From NCBI GenBank assembly GCA_963710605.1, contig CAVQBA010000004.1, positions 1,280,001-1,344,000 on the forward strand: a DNA stretch of 64,000 nucleotides. The letters are read 5' to 3'. A program made the translations under genes and the position numbers. This stretch comes from an uncultured cyanobacterium (GTDB lineage Bacteria > Cyanobacteriota > Cyanobacteriia > Cyanobacteriales > Cyanobacteriaceae). Every line of letters starts with the position of its first letter. Position 1 is the first letter of the stretch. Of the stretch, positions 24,438-34,054 are shown piece by piece. The notes under the pieces were generated by a model. That model saw only the letters and a program-made list of their open reading frames with translations. It was not told the origin of the DNA and did no database searches.

Positions 24438-25238
24438 TTAAAGATGCTTCGCTTCTATATTAGATCCTACGTATTCTTGCTTTTGAGTTCCCCAAATCAA
24501 ATTAGTATCAGGGATTGTACCGTTAAATTTAACATTAGTGACAATTTTTCCTGTGTACTTACGACTTTGAATTCGCATTATCACCCGACCTAGATTAGGT
24601 TCTAGACGCTCATAACGACGAGTAACGATCGCATTCCCACGAGTTTCGTATTCTGCAAAGGAAATACCTTTAATTTGTTTACCTGTTTCGGGGTCGTAAT
24701 CTCCCGACCAACTAGACCAATCTTCATATGTCTCACGCCAAGGAAACACTAAATCGGCTACTTCTAAAGGAGAAAAACCTTTATCTGCTAAAACTTTACT
24801 CGATCGATCTATTCCTACGGCTGTAGGACCTGTAAATTGAGCAGTTTCTATTCCATAATTGTTACTAGGTTGAATAATCGAAAAACCAGGATTTGGTCCT
24901 ACATCTTCTTGCTTTTGAGTTCCCCAAATCAAGTTAGTATCACGTATTGTACCGTTAGGAGTTCGATTTTGGGTAAAACCTTGTTCCTGAAAATTTTGTT
25001 GTGCTGTGGTCATTGCAGACTGAGTTACAGGAGGTGGAGAAAAAATATGATTAACCAACTTTACCCCTGCATAAAGAATTAGATCATTAAATATATTACC
25101 AGTAGTTTTTCTACCTAAAAGAAAGTCAAATATCTCAGATGATTCAGCAGGTTTTGGGAAAAAAATGCTTGAAGAAGTAACAGCAGAAGCACCTCCTAAG
25201 ACAGCGAGTTTAGTAAACTTTCTTCGATTTAGCGACAT
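24438..25238 (-). CDS. Tat-exported hypothetical protein
   Basis: GGAGG SD before ATG 25238; twin-arginine signal MSLNRRKFTKLAVLGG...PAES. Confidence 0.8.
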   Translation of the reverse strand: MSLNRRKFTKLAVLGGASAVTSSSIFFPKPAESSEIFDFLLGRKTTGNIFNDLILYAGVKLVNHIFSPPPVTQSAMTTAQQNFQEQGFTQNRTPNGTIRDTNLIWGTQKQEDVGPNPGFSIIQPSNNYGIETAQFTGPTAVGIDRSSKVLADKGFSPLEVADLVFPWRETYEDWSSWSGDYDPETGKQIKGISFAEYETRGNAIVTRRYERLEPNLGRVIMRIQSRKYTGKIVTNVKFNGTIPDTNLIWGTQKQEYVGSNIEAKHL

Positions 25239-25459
25239 ACAACCTCCATGATGATTATTACTTAGGGTTTTGACAACAAGTCTTGATGTTATTTCGCCAG
25301 AAAACAAAACTATTTATTACTATAATAATAACCTGAGTTTTTATTAAACAAATTGAAACTAAATTTATTTTATAATAAAAAATTATTTGAGCTATTTAGT
25401 ATTTTTTTACATACTCACTTTTTTTTAGTCAACTAATTGTAAGTCTTAGTTTTTTTTTA

Positions 25460-26083
25460 ATGCAACTAAAATCGTTTTTATCTGTACTAATAAGTTTTAC
25501 AGTTTCCTTGGGAGCAGTTGTTAGTATCACCCCACCTAGTTCGGCTAATCTAACTCTCGATGAGTTTTCATGTAAACAAAATGAAGATGGAGATTATGTA
25601 ACATATATTAGGTTTAAAACAGAACCTAATGTATATTATGAGTTAGTACGTTGGATTTATTATCAGACAGATGAATGGTCATTTCAAAGACGTTGTAATC
25701 ATGTAACTAAAAAATTTCAAGCTTTATCGGATAATGGCTGGTTAAATGAAATTGGTATAGGTCGTTCAAATGGTCAACCTATTCTCTGTGGCGTTCGCTC
25801 ACCCCAAGATTATTGTCCTAGTGGTAATGTTGATAATATTTTAGTTACCCTTCCTCCAGGATCGAATCCTGACTTCGCAAGACATAGATTATGGGATGTG
25901 GGAAATCGATCGAGAAAAGAGCCACTTTCTTTATGTGGTGCGGGGGACAACTGCGAAAAGCTGATAACGATCGAGAATGGACAACGTTATCTGAATATGG
26001 ATGTACTTAAAAGAATCATTAGAGAAAATGAAACGCCAATTGATGAAAAAAGTTTTAATTCGATCGATACTCTGGTTGATTAA
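25460..26083 (+). CDS. COP23 (circadian oscillating protein) domain secreted protein
   Basis: Signal peptide; FSC...VRW...WSFQRRC...KFQ...GRSNGQPILC...ILVTL pattern. Confidence 0.8.
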   Translation: MQLKSFLSVLISFTVSLGAVVSITPPSSANLTLDEFSCKQNEDGDYVTYIRFKTEPNVYYELVRWIYYQTDEWSFQRRCNHVTKKFQALSDNGWLNEIGIGRSNGQPILCGVRSPQDYCPSGNVDNILVTLPPGSNPDFARHRLWDVGNRSRKEPLSLCGAGDNCEKLITIENGQRYLNMDVLKRIIRENETPIDEKSFNSIDTLVD

Positions 26084-26162
26084 AATATATAGCAAGTAAC
26101 GAGTAAGGAGTGGACATCTCTACCACCGCTTACCCTTCTTTCAAAGGATGGAGAACTCTATT

Positions 26163-26374
26163 TATAGTCGTTTAAAATAACAATGAGACAATTTTCGAGA
26201 TTAAGTTTTAGTTTAATTTATTAAACGGTATCTATTAGCCTTGTCAATTTATTGCAAGGCGGGTTTCGGGTTCTTCTTTTTACTATTATTTATACTGTCT
26301 CAAGCGGTCGGACCCCGCGACGACGGCAAGTCGCAAGGGAACGCCGACCAAGAAAACTTAATTAAAACAACTAT
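26163..26374. mobile_element. MITE-like element with a nested GC-rich short dispersed repeat
   Basis: Ends TATAGTCGTTT / AAACAACTATA; internal part is homologous to 10085-10200. Confidence 0.55.
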
Positions 26375-26447
26375 AACTGTTTAAAACAACTCGTTTACTA
26401 CTATATTTTCAAGATTAAATAATCATTTTCTAATTAAATTTATCGCT

Positions 26448-27917
26448 ATGTTTAATTTTATTAAAAAGTTTCCTCTCGCCATATTATTATTAAGTGTAAC
26501 AGTAGCAACAAACCTAGTACAATTTCCAGTAGTCGCACAGCAGTTAAACAGCTCTGAGGTGTTGGATAAGTTGAAAAAATTATCAGTACGTATAGAGGGG
26601 TTACAAAGTGGTTCTGGAGTGATTGTGGATCGTAAAAAAGATGGAGATGGCTATATTTATACTGTGCTGACAAATGCTCATGTAGTTGCCAGTTCTGGTT
26701 CTTATCAGGTTATAACTTATCATGATGAAAAATATGATGTTTCTTACGACCAGATTAGGGTTTTTGAAAATCAGATCGATTTAGCAATTTTACAATTTAA
26801 CACTCAGACATACTATCAAGTAGCTGAATTAGGAGATTCTAGCCGTCTTCAGTCTCATGATGATGTTTGGTTTGGAGGTTGGGCAGAAGACATAAACCAG
26901 AATTCCGATAAACCTTCTGATATACAATACGACACAAGAATTATCAAACTGCTCGATCGTCAAGAAGAATCTTGGTGTACAGAGAAAACAATATTCTGTG
27001 GTTATAAAATTTTTTATAAAGAACCTGGACATCTGGGTATGTCTGGTTCACCTGTGTTAGATCTTAGCGGTTATTTAATTGCTATTCATGGTGGCTCACA
27101 TTGTCCAGGTGGTGGACATAGTTGCGGAGGTTGGGCAATCCCGATTAATACTTATAGAGAAAGTGAAGGAATTGACTTTAAACCTCTTCCACCAAAAATT
27201 TTACCACTACAAAATTTGGTTGCTCTGGGGGAAAGCAAAGTAAAAAATGGAGACTATGCAGGGGCGATCGTCGATTACACTAAAGCTATAGAAGAAAATC
27301 CTCGTAACTTAGATGCTTACTACAGAAGGGGTGAGGCTTATTATGCCCTGAAGAAGTATCCAGAAGCAATTAATGACTTTGACGAATATTTAGGTCTGAA
27401 TCCCAACAACTACTATGGCTACTTCTATCGAGGTCGTATTTATGCCGATCGACAAGATTACCAAAGGGCAATTTCTGACTATAATAAAGCCATTGAGATT
27501 AAATCCGACTTCGCTAAGGCTTACAATAACAGAGGTTATGCTCGTTTCCAATTAGGAGATACGCAAGGGGCGATCGTTGATTACACCGAAGCGATCGAAC
27601 TTAATTCAGATTATGCTAAAGCCTATTACAATCGTGGATTAGTTTTTGGTCGTTATTTACAAAAGTACGAAGACGCTTTAGCCGACTTAAATCAAGCAAT
27701 TAATTTAAATCCAGAAAATGCAGATGCTTATTTTATCAGAGGCATCATATACAATTCAGTTGAAAAAAGAGATCGAGCAATTAATGACTTTACCGAAGCT
27801 ATTCGTCTTCGCCCCCATTTTACAGAATCTTACGAAAACCGAGCTTTAGTTTATTACTTTATAAATGAACGTGATTTAGCTCTCAAAGACTTAGAAGATG
27901 CTCTCGATTCTTTTTAA
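26448..27917 (+). CDS. Secreted trypsin-like serine protease with TPR repeats
   Basis: Catalytic triad TNAHVV / DLAIL / GMSGSP; repeated AYxNRG TPR units; signal peptide. Confidence 0.92.
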   Translation: MFNFIKKFPLAILLLSVTVATNLVQFPVVAQQLNSSEVLDKLKKLSVRIEGLQSGSGVIVDRKKDGDGYIYTVLTNAHVVASSGSYQVITYHDEKYDVSYDQIRVFENQIDLAILQFNTQTYYQVAELGDSSRLQSHDDVWFGGWAEDINQNSDKPSDIQYDTRIIKLLDRQEESWCTEKTIFCGYKIFYKEPGHLGMSGSPVLDLSGYLIAIHGGSHCPGGGHSCGGWAIPINTYRESEGIDFKPLPPKILPLQNLVALGESKVKNGDYAGAIVDYTKAIEENPRNLDAYYRRGEAYYALKKYPEAINDFDEYLGLNPNNYYGYFYRGRIYADRQDYQRAISDYNKAIEIKSDFAKAYNNRGYARFQLGDTQGAIVDYTEAIELNSDYAKAYYNRGLVFGRYLQKYEDALADLNQAINLNPENADAYFIRGIIYNSVEKRDRAINDFTEAIRLRPHFTESYENRALVYYFINERDLALKDLEDALDSF

Positions 27918-28279
27918 AAGCCAAAAAAATACAAGAGGTTATCAACGAACTTTAGACCGTATTAGACAAATTTTAGGGGAGAGAATAATATTAGTATATA
28001 AAAACTAATAGAGATAAATCCATTACCTTATATAAATATTGTACCGAATCTCCTTTGCTCTCCTTTGCTACAACTATAGTTGTTTAAATTAAGATTAGGA
28101 TAGCGTTGATAATCGTAAAAATGTGAGCCTATACCCCGACAAGCAATTATCATTGCAAGTCTCCCCTTTGAAGGGGAGGGGCTGTCTCCTGAATTCATTT
28201 CAGGTGAATGGAATACGCCCAGTGAGAAACAAGAGGGGTTGCCGAAAGTATAAGTAATCACAAATTCATTCGGTTATAA

Positions 28280-28774
28280 TTATTGCAACTGTTGTAGTTG
28301 TCTTTCAGCCTCGCTAATCTGTTGTTGAATCTGTTGTAGTTGAGCTTCAGCAATTTGTTGTTGAACTTCTAACAGTTGTGTTTCTTTTTTAAGACGCTCC
28401 ATTCGTATTTGGTGAGAATTCGATCGTCCAGGTTGATATATAACACCTAGATAGACAGTAACGTTACTAGAATCAAGAGTATTAAGTCCTACTGACATAT
28501 TAAAACCCCAATCGTTTTCAGTATTAGCTGGTGTGTAAATCGGATTATCTAAGGGATAATTAGGGACATTAAACTCATTAATATTAGTATTTTGAACGTT
28601 ATTTTGATTGGGTATTTGAATAACATCGTTAAAGTCACCATCGATCGTCGATGCTGGATTAGCCGTTTGTTCTGCTGTTTGAGCAAAAATAGGTTTAACT
28701 GCTACTCCTTCTAAGAAAAAAAAAGCTAATATTATGGAAGTAATCCAAAAGGATAATTTTTCATTCAATTTCAT
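28280..28774 (-). CDS. Secreted protein: Asn/Gln-rich region, amphipathic beta-hairpin, C-terminal Gln-rich coiled coil
   Basis: Signal ending IFA; WGFNMSVGLN-TLDSS-NVTVYLGVIYQP; heptad Q/L tail; ATGA overlap with the upstream gene. Confidence 0.75.
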   Translation of the reverse strand: MKLNEKLSFWITSIILAFFFLEGVAVKPIFAQTAEQTANPASTIDGDFNDVIQIPNQNNVQNTNINEFNVPNYPLDNPIYTPANTENDWGFNMSVGLNTLDSSNVTVYLGVIYQPGRSNSHQIRMERLKKETQLLEVQQQIAEAQLQQIQQQISEAERQLQQLQ

Positions 28775-29262
28775 CTGACATCAATAACTAAGATTTGATT
28801 AATTTGACCGCTACCTGAGATATTTTGGACAACTTGTGTATTTAATCCGATAAACTCAACTTTAACTAAGGAGTTAGCTGGATAGTAATTCCCGCTGATA
28901 GCAACTCTATGTCTTCCTTTAGCTAAAAAAGGTGACAAATTAATTTGCGTACTATGCTTGTTAAGTGTTTGAATTACTTTCCCATCAAGTTTAATATCGC
29001 CTGTTAATTCGGCGGTAACGTTTGGGGTAGCAACTGTTAATATATGAGGTTGTCTCAGGGCTGTGGCATCTAGGGTAACTGTTGTTTGTTGAATGCTTTG
29101 GTTTAATCCGAAAAGTCGATCTACCTCTTTAAACTCTTCTCGATCGCGATCGACTTGATTTGTTTCCAAAGTGGGAAAAATAGAGTTATCATCTATATTA
29201 GGAAATTCTATACAAAATGGTATAGAAACAATAATAACTAAAGAAAAAATTTGATAATTCAT
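28771..29262 (-). CDS. Exported hypothetical protein with predicted all-beta C-terminal domain
   Basis: Hydrophobic N-terminus; alternating beta pattern (HILTV, GDIKLDG, QINLSPFL, VKVEF, ILVIDVR). Confidence 0.75.
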   Translation of the reverse strand: MNYQIFSLVIIVSIPFCIEFPNIDDNSIFPTLETNQVDRDREEFKEVDRLFGLNQSIQQTTVTLDATALRQPHILTVATPNVTAELTGDIKLDGKVIQTLNKHSTQINLSPFLAKGRHRVAISGNYYPANSLVKVEFIGLNTQVVQNISGSGQINQILVIDVR

Positions 29263-29392
29263 TAGTTTTAACTCAAAGAATATTTTTTATTTGCTAATTG
29301 AATGTCGTTATTACCTAAGAGGATAAGTCGCTCAAAAATTAATTGATTATCCTCTTAGATACGATCGAGCAATGAAATATAGAATCTAGAGT

Positions 29393-29776
29393 TTAATATT
29401 CAAAACGATCGGCGGGATTGATAATGTCCACAATTACTCCGTTTTTAAACTGAATTGTTTGACTGTCAATTCCAGTTTCATTACCTTCACTTTCTTTAAT
29501 AGTTTGATTCACCTCTCTATTTTGAGTGGGTGTGCCTCTGCCTCCCGTGTTTAGTTGTACCCCTGTCGTCGATTGTACATTACCAGTACAGCGAGGATGG
29601 CTAGTCATTTTTCTTTTTGTTTCTCTGTTTGCAGGTTGCTTTGAGCCACTCAAATTAGCCTGAATAGACATATCACTTTGGATACATTGGGCATTAACAG
29701 CATTAGGGAAAATGGTTGCACAACAAACAAAAGCAAACAATACCAATTTTGGGTTTAAAAATTTTGTGAAATCCAT
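29393..29776 (-). CDS. Small secreted protein with two internal Gln/Asn/Gly repeats
   Basis: Signal ending VNA; IQSDMSIQANLSGSKQP aligns with VQSTTGVQLNTGGRGTP. Confidence 0.8.
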   Translation of the reverse strand: MDFTKFLNPKLVLFAFVCCATIFPNAVNAQCIQSDMSIQANLSGSKQPANRETKRKMTSHPRCTGNVQSTTGVQLNTGGRGTPTQNREVNQTIKESEGNETGIDSQTIQFKNGVIVDIINPADRFEY

Positions 29777-29901
29777 ATACTTTACAAGATCAATTTGTAT
29801 GCGTTAAAAAAAGATAAATCGGCTATTATTTATAATGAATAGTGCTAGTAAAACCAACACTATTCGTGAAATCTCCAATATAGAGATTAGACTCAAGATT
29901 A

Positions 29902-30213
29902 TTAACGATTATTGACTCTTCTTTGAGGACGAATTACAGAGCGTTGGTCGCTTTCTTGGACGCAAATATTTCGTTCCCCAACAATGTCACAGTATTGGTC
30001 TTGTTTTTGAATACCAACTTCTGTACGAGAAAAACCATCACGTTCGGTTTTTGAATCTTGATTTGTTCGTTGATAGCTGCTACTATCTGTTCCTGTAATC
30101 ACGCTTGTTTGACGAGAGTCTTGCGCAGTGCCAGTATCAGCAAAAGTAGGTGATAATGGAATCGCTCCAAAAATGGCACAAAAAAGTACAGCAGAAATTA
30201 AATTTTTGTTCAT
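29902..30213 (-). CDS. Small secreted protein with two 24-aa Gln-ladder repeats
   Basis: AAGGAG SD; signal ending TFA; pattern Q-x3-Q-x3-I-x-G-x2-(S/N)-x3-Q-x3-Q-x-S occurs twice. Confidence 0.82.
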   Translation of the reverse strand: MNKNLISAVLFCAIFGAIPLSPTFADTGTAQDSRQTSVITGTDSSSYQRTNQDSKTERDGFSRTEVGIQKQDQYCDIVGERNICVQESDQRSVIRPQRRVNNR

Positions 30214-30487
30214 GATTGTTCTCCTTATTGAGAATAAATTTATTAGCCTTTCGACTATAATCCCATTTTGCCTCAGTCTTTTTTATGTGTCGATGTAGAT
30301 AGAAAATTTTAATTAGGCTAGAAAAATTTTATTTTAAATTCAATTCTAGTCTAAATTATATTGACAGGTAAAACTACTAGTTTGTGTAGAGTACAAGTAT
30401 TTTAATTACCCGATTCGAAAGAAATTTTAGCCCTAAATAATATAGATATATTTAATATTTTTAGGACTAAAGTCCTTACTACAAACT

Positions 30488-30808
30488 TTAATTTTTAAGT
30501 ACTTGTGCGATCGCTTTTTTCTGTTCGTCGTCGTATTGCCAACGTTTGAGAAATTTTTGGTATTCTCCTTCTCCTTGCTCGATTGTTTCTTGTAATTTTT
30601 GAGTTTTTGTTTCTGTTTGAGCTAGATTTAATTTGTCGATTAATTCTTTACTTCTTTGAGTTACTCTCGCTGATTTATTTGCCATTTCTTCATCATTGTT
30701 GCGGTGATGGGCAAGTTTCATGGCAGTTGACATAGCCACGTTTTTAACTAATAATTCGCTGACAATTTCAGGTGAGCTTTTTAAACCATCAATAATTCCT
30801 GTAGATTG
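30488..30808 (-). pseudogene. Probable 3' remnant of a hypothetical gene
   Basis: Protein-like frame (GIIDGLKSSPEIVSELLVKNVAMSTAM...FLKRWQYD) runs upstream of the GTG at 30739 to a stop at 30809-30811, with no SD or ATG. Confidence 0.5.
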
Positions 30809-31148
30809 TCATCAACCCAAGAAACCAAGTCTAAATCTAGATTGACTTCTAGCTCAATTTATTACCCCGAACTGAGGTTATTTACTAATATGAGAGATGA
30901 AAAAGAACACTACAGATAAAATCAAGTTAAAAGTGATTAAGTAAAGGTTAAATATTATTCAACCCCTACAGTCGTTTAGTTATTTAAAAAAAATTGATGA
31001 CGATTATTCTGCTGTCAAAAGTTTGTTGATAGCTCTTCATTTGGGTAATTAACATAACATTAGTTACCACTCGTGTTGTTCACATTAAAACTACTAGCGA
31101 GACGTTATTTTTTTTTGTCTCATCAATCGTCACAAATCAATTTTTCAG

Positions 31149-31181
31149 ATCAAATACTATGGTATTACTCAATGATTACAC
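31149..31181 (+). repeat. Copy A of a ~30-50 bp three-copy repeat
   Basis: ATCAAATACTATGGTATTACTCAATGATTACAC; 28/33 identical to 35288-35320. Confidence 0.8.
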
Positions 31182-31308
31182 GTGTTGTTGCGATTAAATT
31201 AACTATCAACTCTTAATTTTTAACTTTTAACTACAAAGGTGGGCAATGCCCACCCTACATTTTTGATTAAAGACGATCGATTCAGATCGAAATATTGTCA
31301 ATTGTTAA

Positions 31309-32779
31309 TTATCTTCCGCCGACGGTAATTGAATCAACTTTAATATGAGGTTGCCCAACAGTAACATAAACACTACCGCTAACTGAGCCACAGAAACCAG
31401 CCGCCAAACCAATGTCTTTAGATGACATCGAGATTTTGGTCATAATTTCTTTAGCTTCACCGATAAGAGTCGCACCTTTAAGAGGTTTGGTAATTTTACC
31501 GTTTTCAATGAGATAGGCTTCATCAACACCAAAGTTAAATTCACCAGTATGACCAACACTTCCGCCACCCATTTTTTTACAATAGATACCTTTGTCCACA
31601 GAAGAGAATATATCATCATTACTAAATTCTCCAGGAGCAATATAGGTGTTACGCATCCGAGATGCCGCAGGAAAACTATAGTTTTGTCTTCTGCCACTAC
31701 CAGTACGAGGATGACCTGTGCGTAATGAACCTGCTCTGTCAGCTAAGAAATTTTTTAAGATACCGTTTTCGATTAATAAGGTACGTTGAGGTGCCATACC
31801 TTCATCGTCCATATCGATCGTACCGAAAGCATTTTCAGATAATCCTTCATCCCACGCAGTTAGGTTTTCATGAGCAATTTTTTCACCTTTTTTATCGATG
31901 AAAGGAGTACTCTTACGTTCAATTTGAGTAGTTTCGAATAAATGTCCACAGGCTTCATGGAAGATAACTCCACCAAATTGATTAGCCATAATTACAGGAT
32001 ATTGACCTGATTCGACATAATCAGCGTAAAGCATTTTACCAGCTGAATCGGCTACTTCTTCAGCAACATCATTATAATTCCAAGTACGTAAAAAGTCTGG
32101 ATTGCTTGTGTCTCCATCTCTTTTACCGATCGAAGAACGATTATCACCATCAGCACAAAGAAGATTATAACCGACTGATTGAGTTAAACGAATATCACGA
32201 GCAAAAATACCATCACTAGACGCAACTAAAACTTCTTGCCAGTCACGGAAATAAGCGGCACGACGAGATTGGACATGATTCGCTTTTTTAGCTAATTGTT
32301 GATTAGCACCAAGTAACACATCTCCCATTTCTTGCATATTACTACAGTTACCTAACCATGCGTCTTTGTTCTTTAAGGTTGGCATAATCTCGGAACATTT
32401 CTAAATTGATTTCGGGAACAAAAGATGCTCCAGAAGGTGTGTTGAGAGCTAAGATTGATAATGCTTTTTCTAAGGCTAGTTTTAATCCGGTAAAAGAAAG
32501 ATCGTTAGTGCTGACATAACATTCACCTTTACCTTTAAAAACTCTTACCCCTGCACCTGTGGCGAGTCTGGGGGTGATACTAGTAATACGATCGTCTTCG
32601 GCTAAACAACTAATATAATTACTTTTTTCGAGGAAAAATTCGACAAAATCCGCACCTGCCGCCCTTCCTAAACCTAGTAAGGTGGAAAGTGGTTTTTCCC
32701 ATGTTAAATCAAAACGATCGTGACTAGGACTATAGGATAAATTAGGAATTTCACGGGATACTAGTAAGGTTGGAGACAT
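31309..32779 (-). pseudogene. tldD: TldD/PmbA family metalloprotease split by a +1 frameshift (real or sequencing error)
   Basis: N-part [10 protein letters not shown]...GAGVRVF; C-part FHEACGH, GSGRRQ, RMRNTY, CGSVSG. Removing one base near 32380 gives ...[12 protein letters not shown]. Confidence 0.85.
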
Positions 32780-33281
32780 ATAATTATTAACTTTTCTCTT
32801 TACTTTTTACTTTGATTCTTACCCCTATTCTACTACGCTCAATCTGTAATTCACATTCTTAGTCATTAATAACCATTGCTTATTCTTTATTTATCTTTGA
32901 TTTAAAATTAGAATAAAAGCGGTTTTTGGCACTTCATTCTTTCAATCGATCGTTTTCGCTGATTTTGCCTATTTTTGCCCGATTTTGACCGTTGACTTTT
33001 AAGTACAAATTTCGTATTATGACACTTACAGTGTTGGGTTAGTTACTTTGTCAATTTTTGAAATTATCTACCTCAAACTATAGTAAAAAGGTTAAAACGT
33101 AATATCTCTACATTTAGCTTAATTTAACTTAGCAATTCTGTGGTGTAACTGTTTATGAAGGTAAGCTTGACAAATAAGACCAATACGACTAAAAAATATA
33201 CAAGTTTTAATCTTCCTCATCAACTCGATCGAATTAATAATTAATAATTTAATAGAAGTAAAAGCGAGCTTTTTTATTTGA

Positions 33282-33330
33282 CAAAGATAGATAATCATCT
33301 AGTAATACCATAGTGTTCGATATAACTGAT
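33282..33330 (-). repeat. Copy B, inverted relative to A and C
   Basis: Core 33292-33322 TAATCATCTAGTAATACCATAGTGTTCGATA is the exact reverse complement of 35287-35317. Confidence 0.92.
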
Positions 33331-33565
33331 GATAAATAGACTATACATAGTAGTTGATATTCTTTACTCCTTACCGATTAACTATCTAGTTCACAAAGCA
33401 TTGATTAGTCTTGTCCCTTGTACGAGCGTCCTTCAATTGAAGGTTTTATTTTAAATAGTTAGTCTTCTGGTTGAAAATCGATCGATTTATTGACTTAATA
33501 GAATGTCAACAGAAAAATATATAATTGAAGAGAAAAAATAAATTAAGAAAAAAATAACGAACTTA

Positions 33566-34054
33566 ATGACCAAAATGAGTGGAACTTTACAACCAGCTTG
33601 TCATTCTAGTAATAACACTTTGCCAAACGAGCGTCAACCTTGGGGACAACATTTAGTCCTAGACATCGGTGGTTGTAACGACAATATTTTAACCAAAGAA
33701 AAGATTAGTAATTTTGTGCAAGAATTAGTCTGTGCGATCGATATGGTTGCCTATGGTGAACCACAAATCGTTCATTTTGCTGAACATAGTTATGAAGCCG
33801 CTGGTTATTCTTTAGTTCAATTAATCGAGACATCCGCCATTATGGGGCATTTTAGTGACCATAATCGTGATGCTTATTTAGATATCTTTTCTTGTAAAAA
33901 ATTTGATAATCAAATAGCTATCGATGTTGTGCAAAAACACTTTGCCCCTAACAAAATCAAAAGTGTTTGTCTTAATAGAGGCATAAATTTACCCTCAGAT
34001 AATAGCGTTGTTTCTCGAGTCAATTATTTATCTCAAGTTACCAGCACAACATGA
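33566..34054 (+). CDS. Pyruvoyl-dependent S-adenosylmethionine decarboxylase (SpeD)-family proenzyme; substrate uncertain
   Basis: WGQHLVLDIGGC, GYSLVQLIETSAIMGHF and AYLDIFSCK motifs. Confidence 0.85.
   Translation: MTKMSGTLQPACHSSNNTLPNERQPWGQHLVLDIGGCNDNILTKEKISNFVQELVCAIDMVAYGEPQIVHFAEHSYEAAGYSLVQLIETSAIMGHFSDHNRDAYLDIFSCKKFDNQIAIDVVQKHFAPNKIKSVCLNRGINLPSDNSVVSRVNYLSQVTSTT

Noticed and set aside
24465-24957. 61-bp repeat pair as a diversity-generating retroelement TR/VR
   Set aside because: The five differences are not adenine-specific, and no reverse transcriptase is present.
33278-33311. Sigma70 promoter at TTGACA
   Set aside because: No good TAnnnT hexamer at 16-18 nt spacing, so it is not listed as a feature.
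33331-33565. Riboswitch in the leader of the SpeD-like gene (CCTTCAATTGAAGG hairpin)
   Set aside because: I could not match SAM, guanidine or other known aptamer consensus by eye; an Rfam/Infernal scan would be needed.
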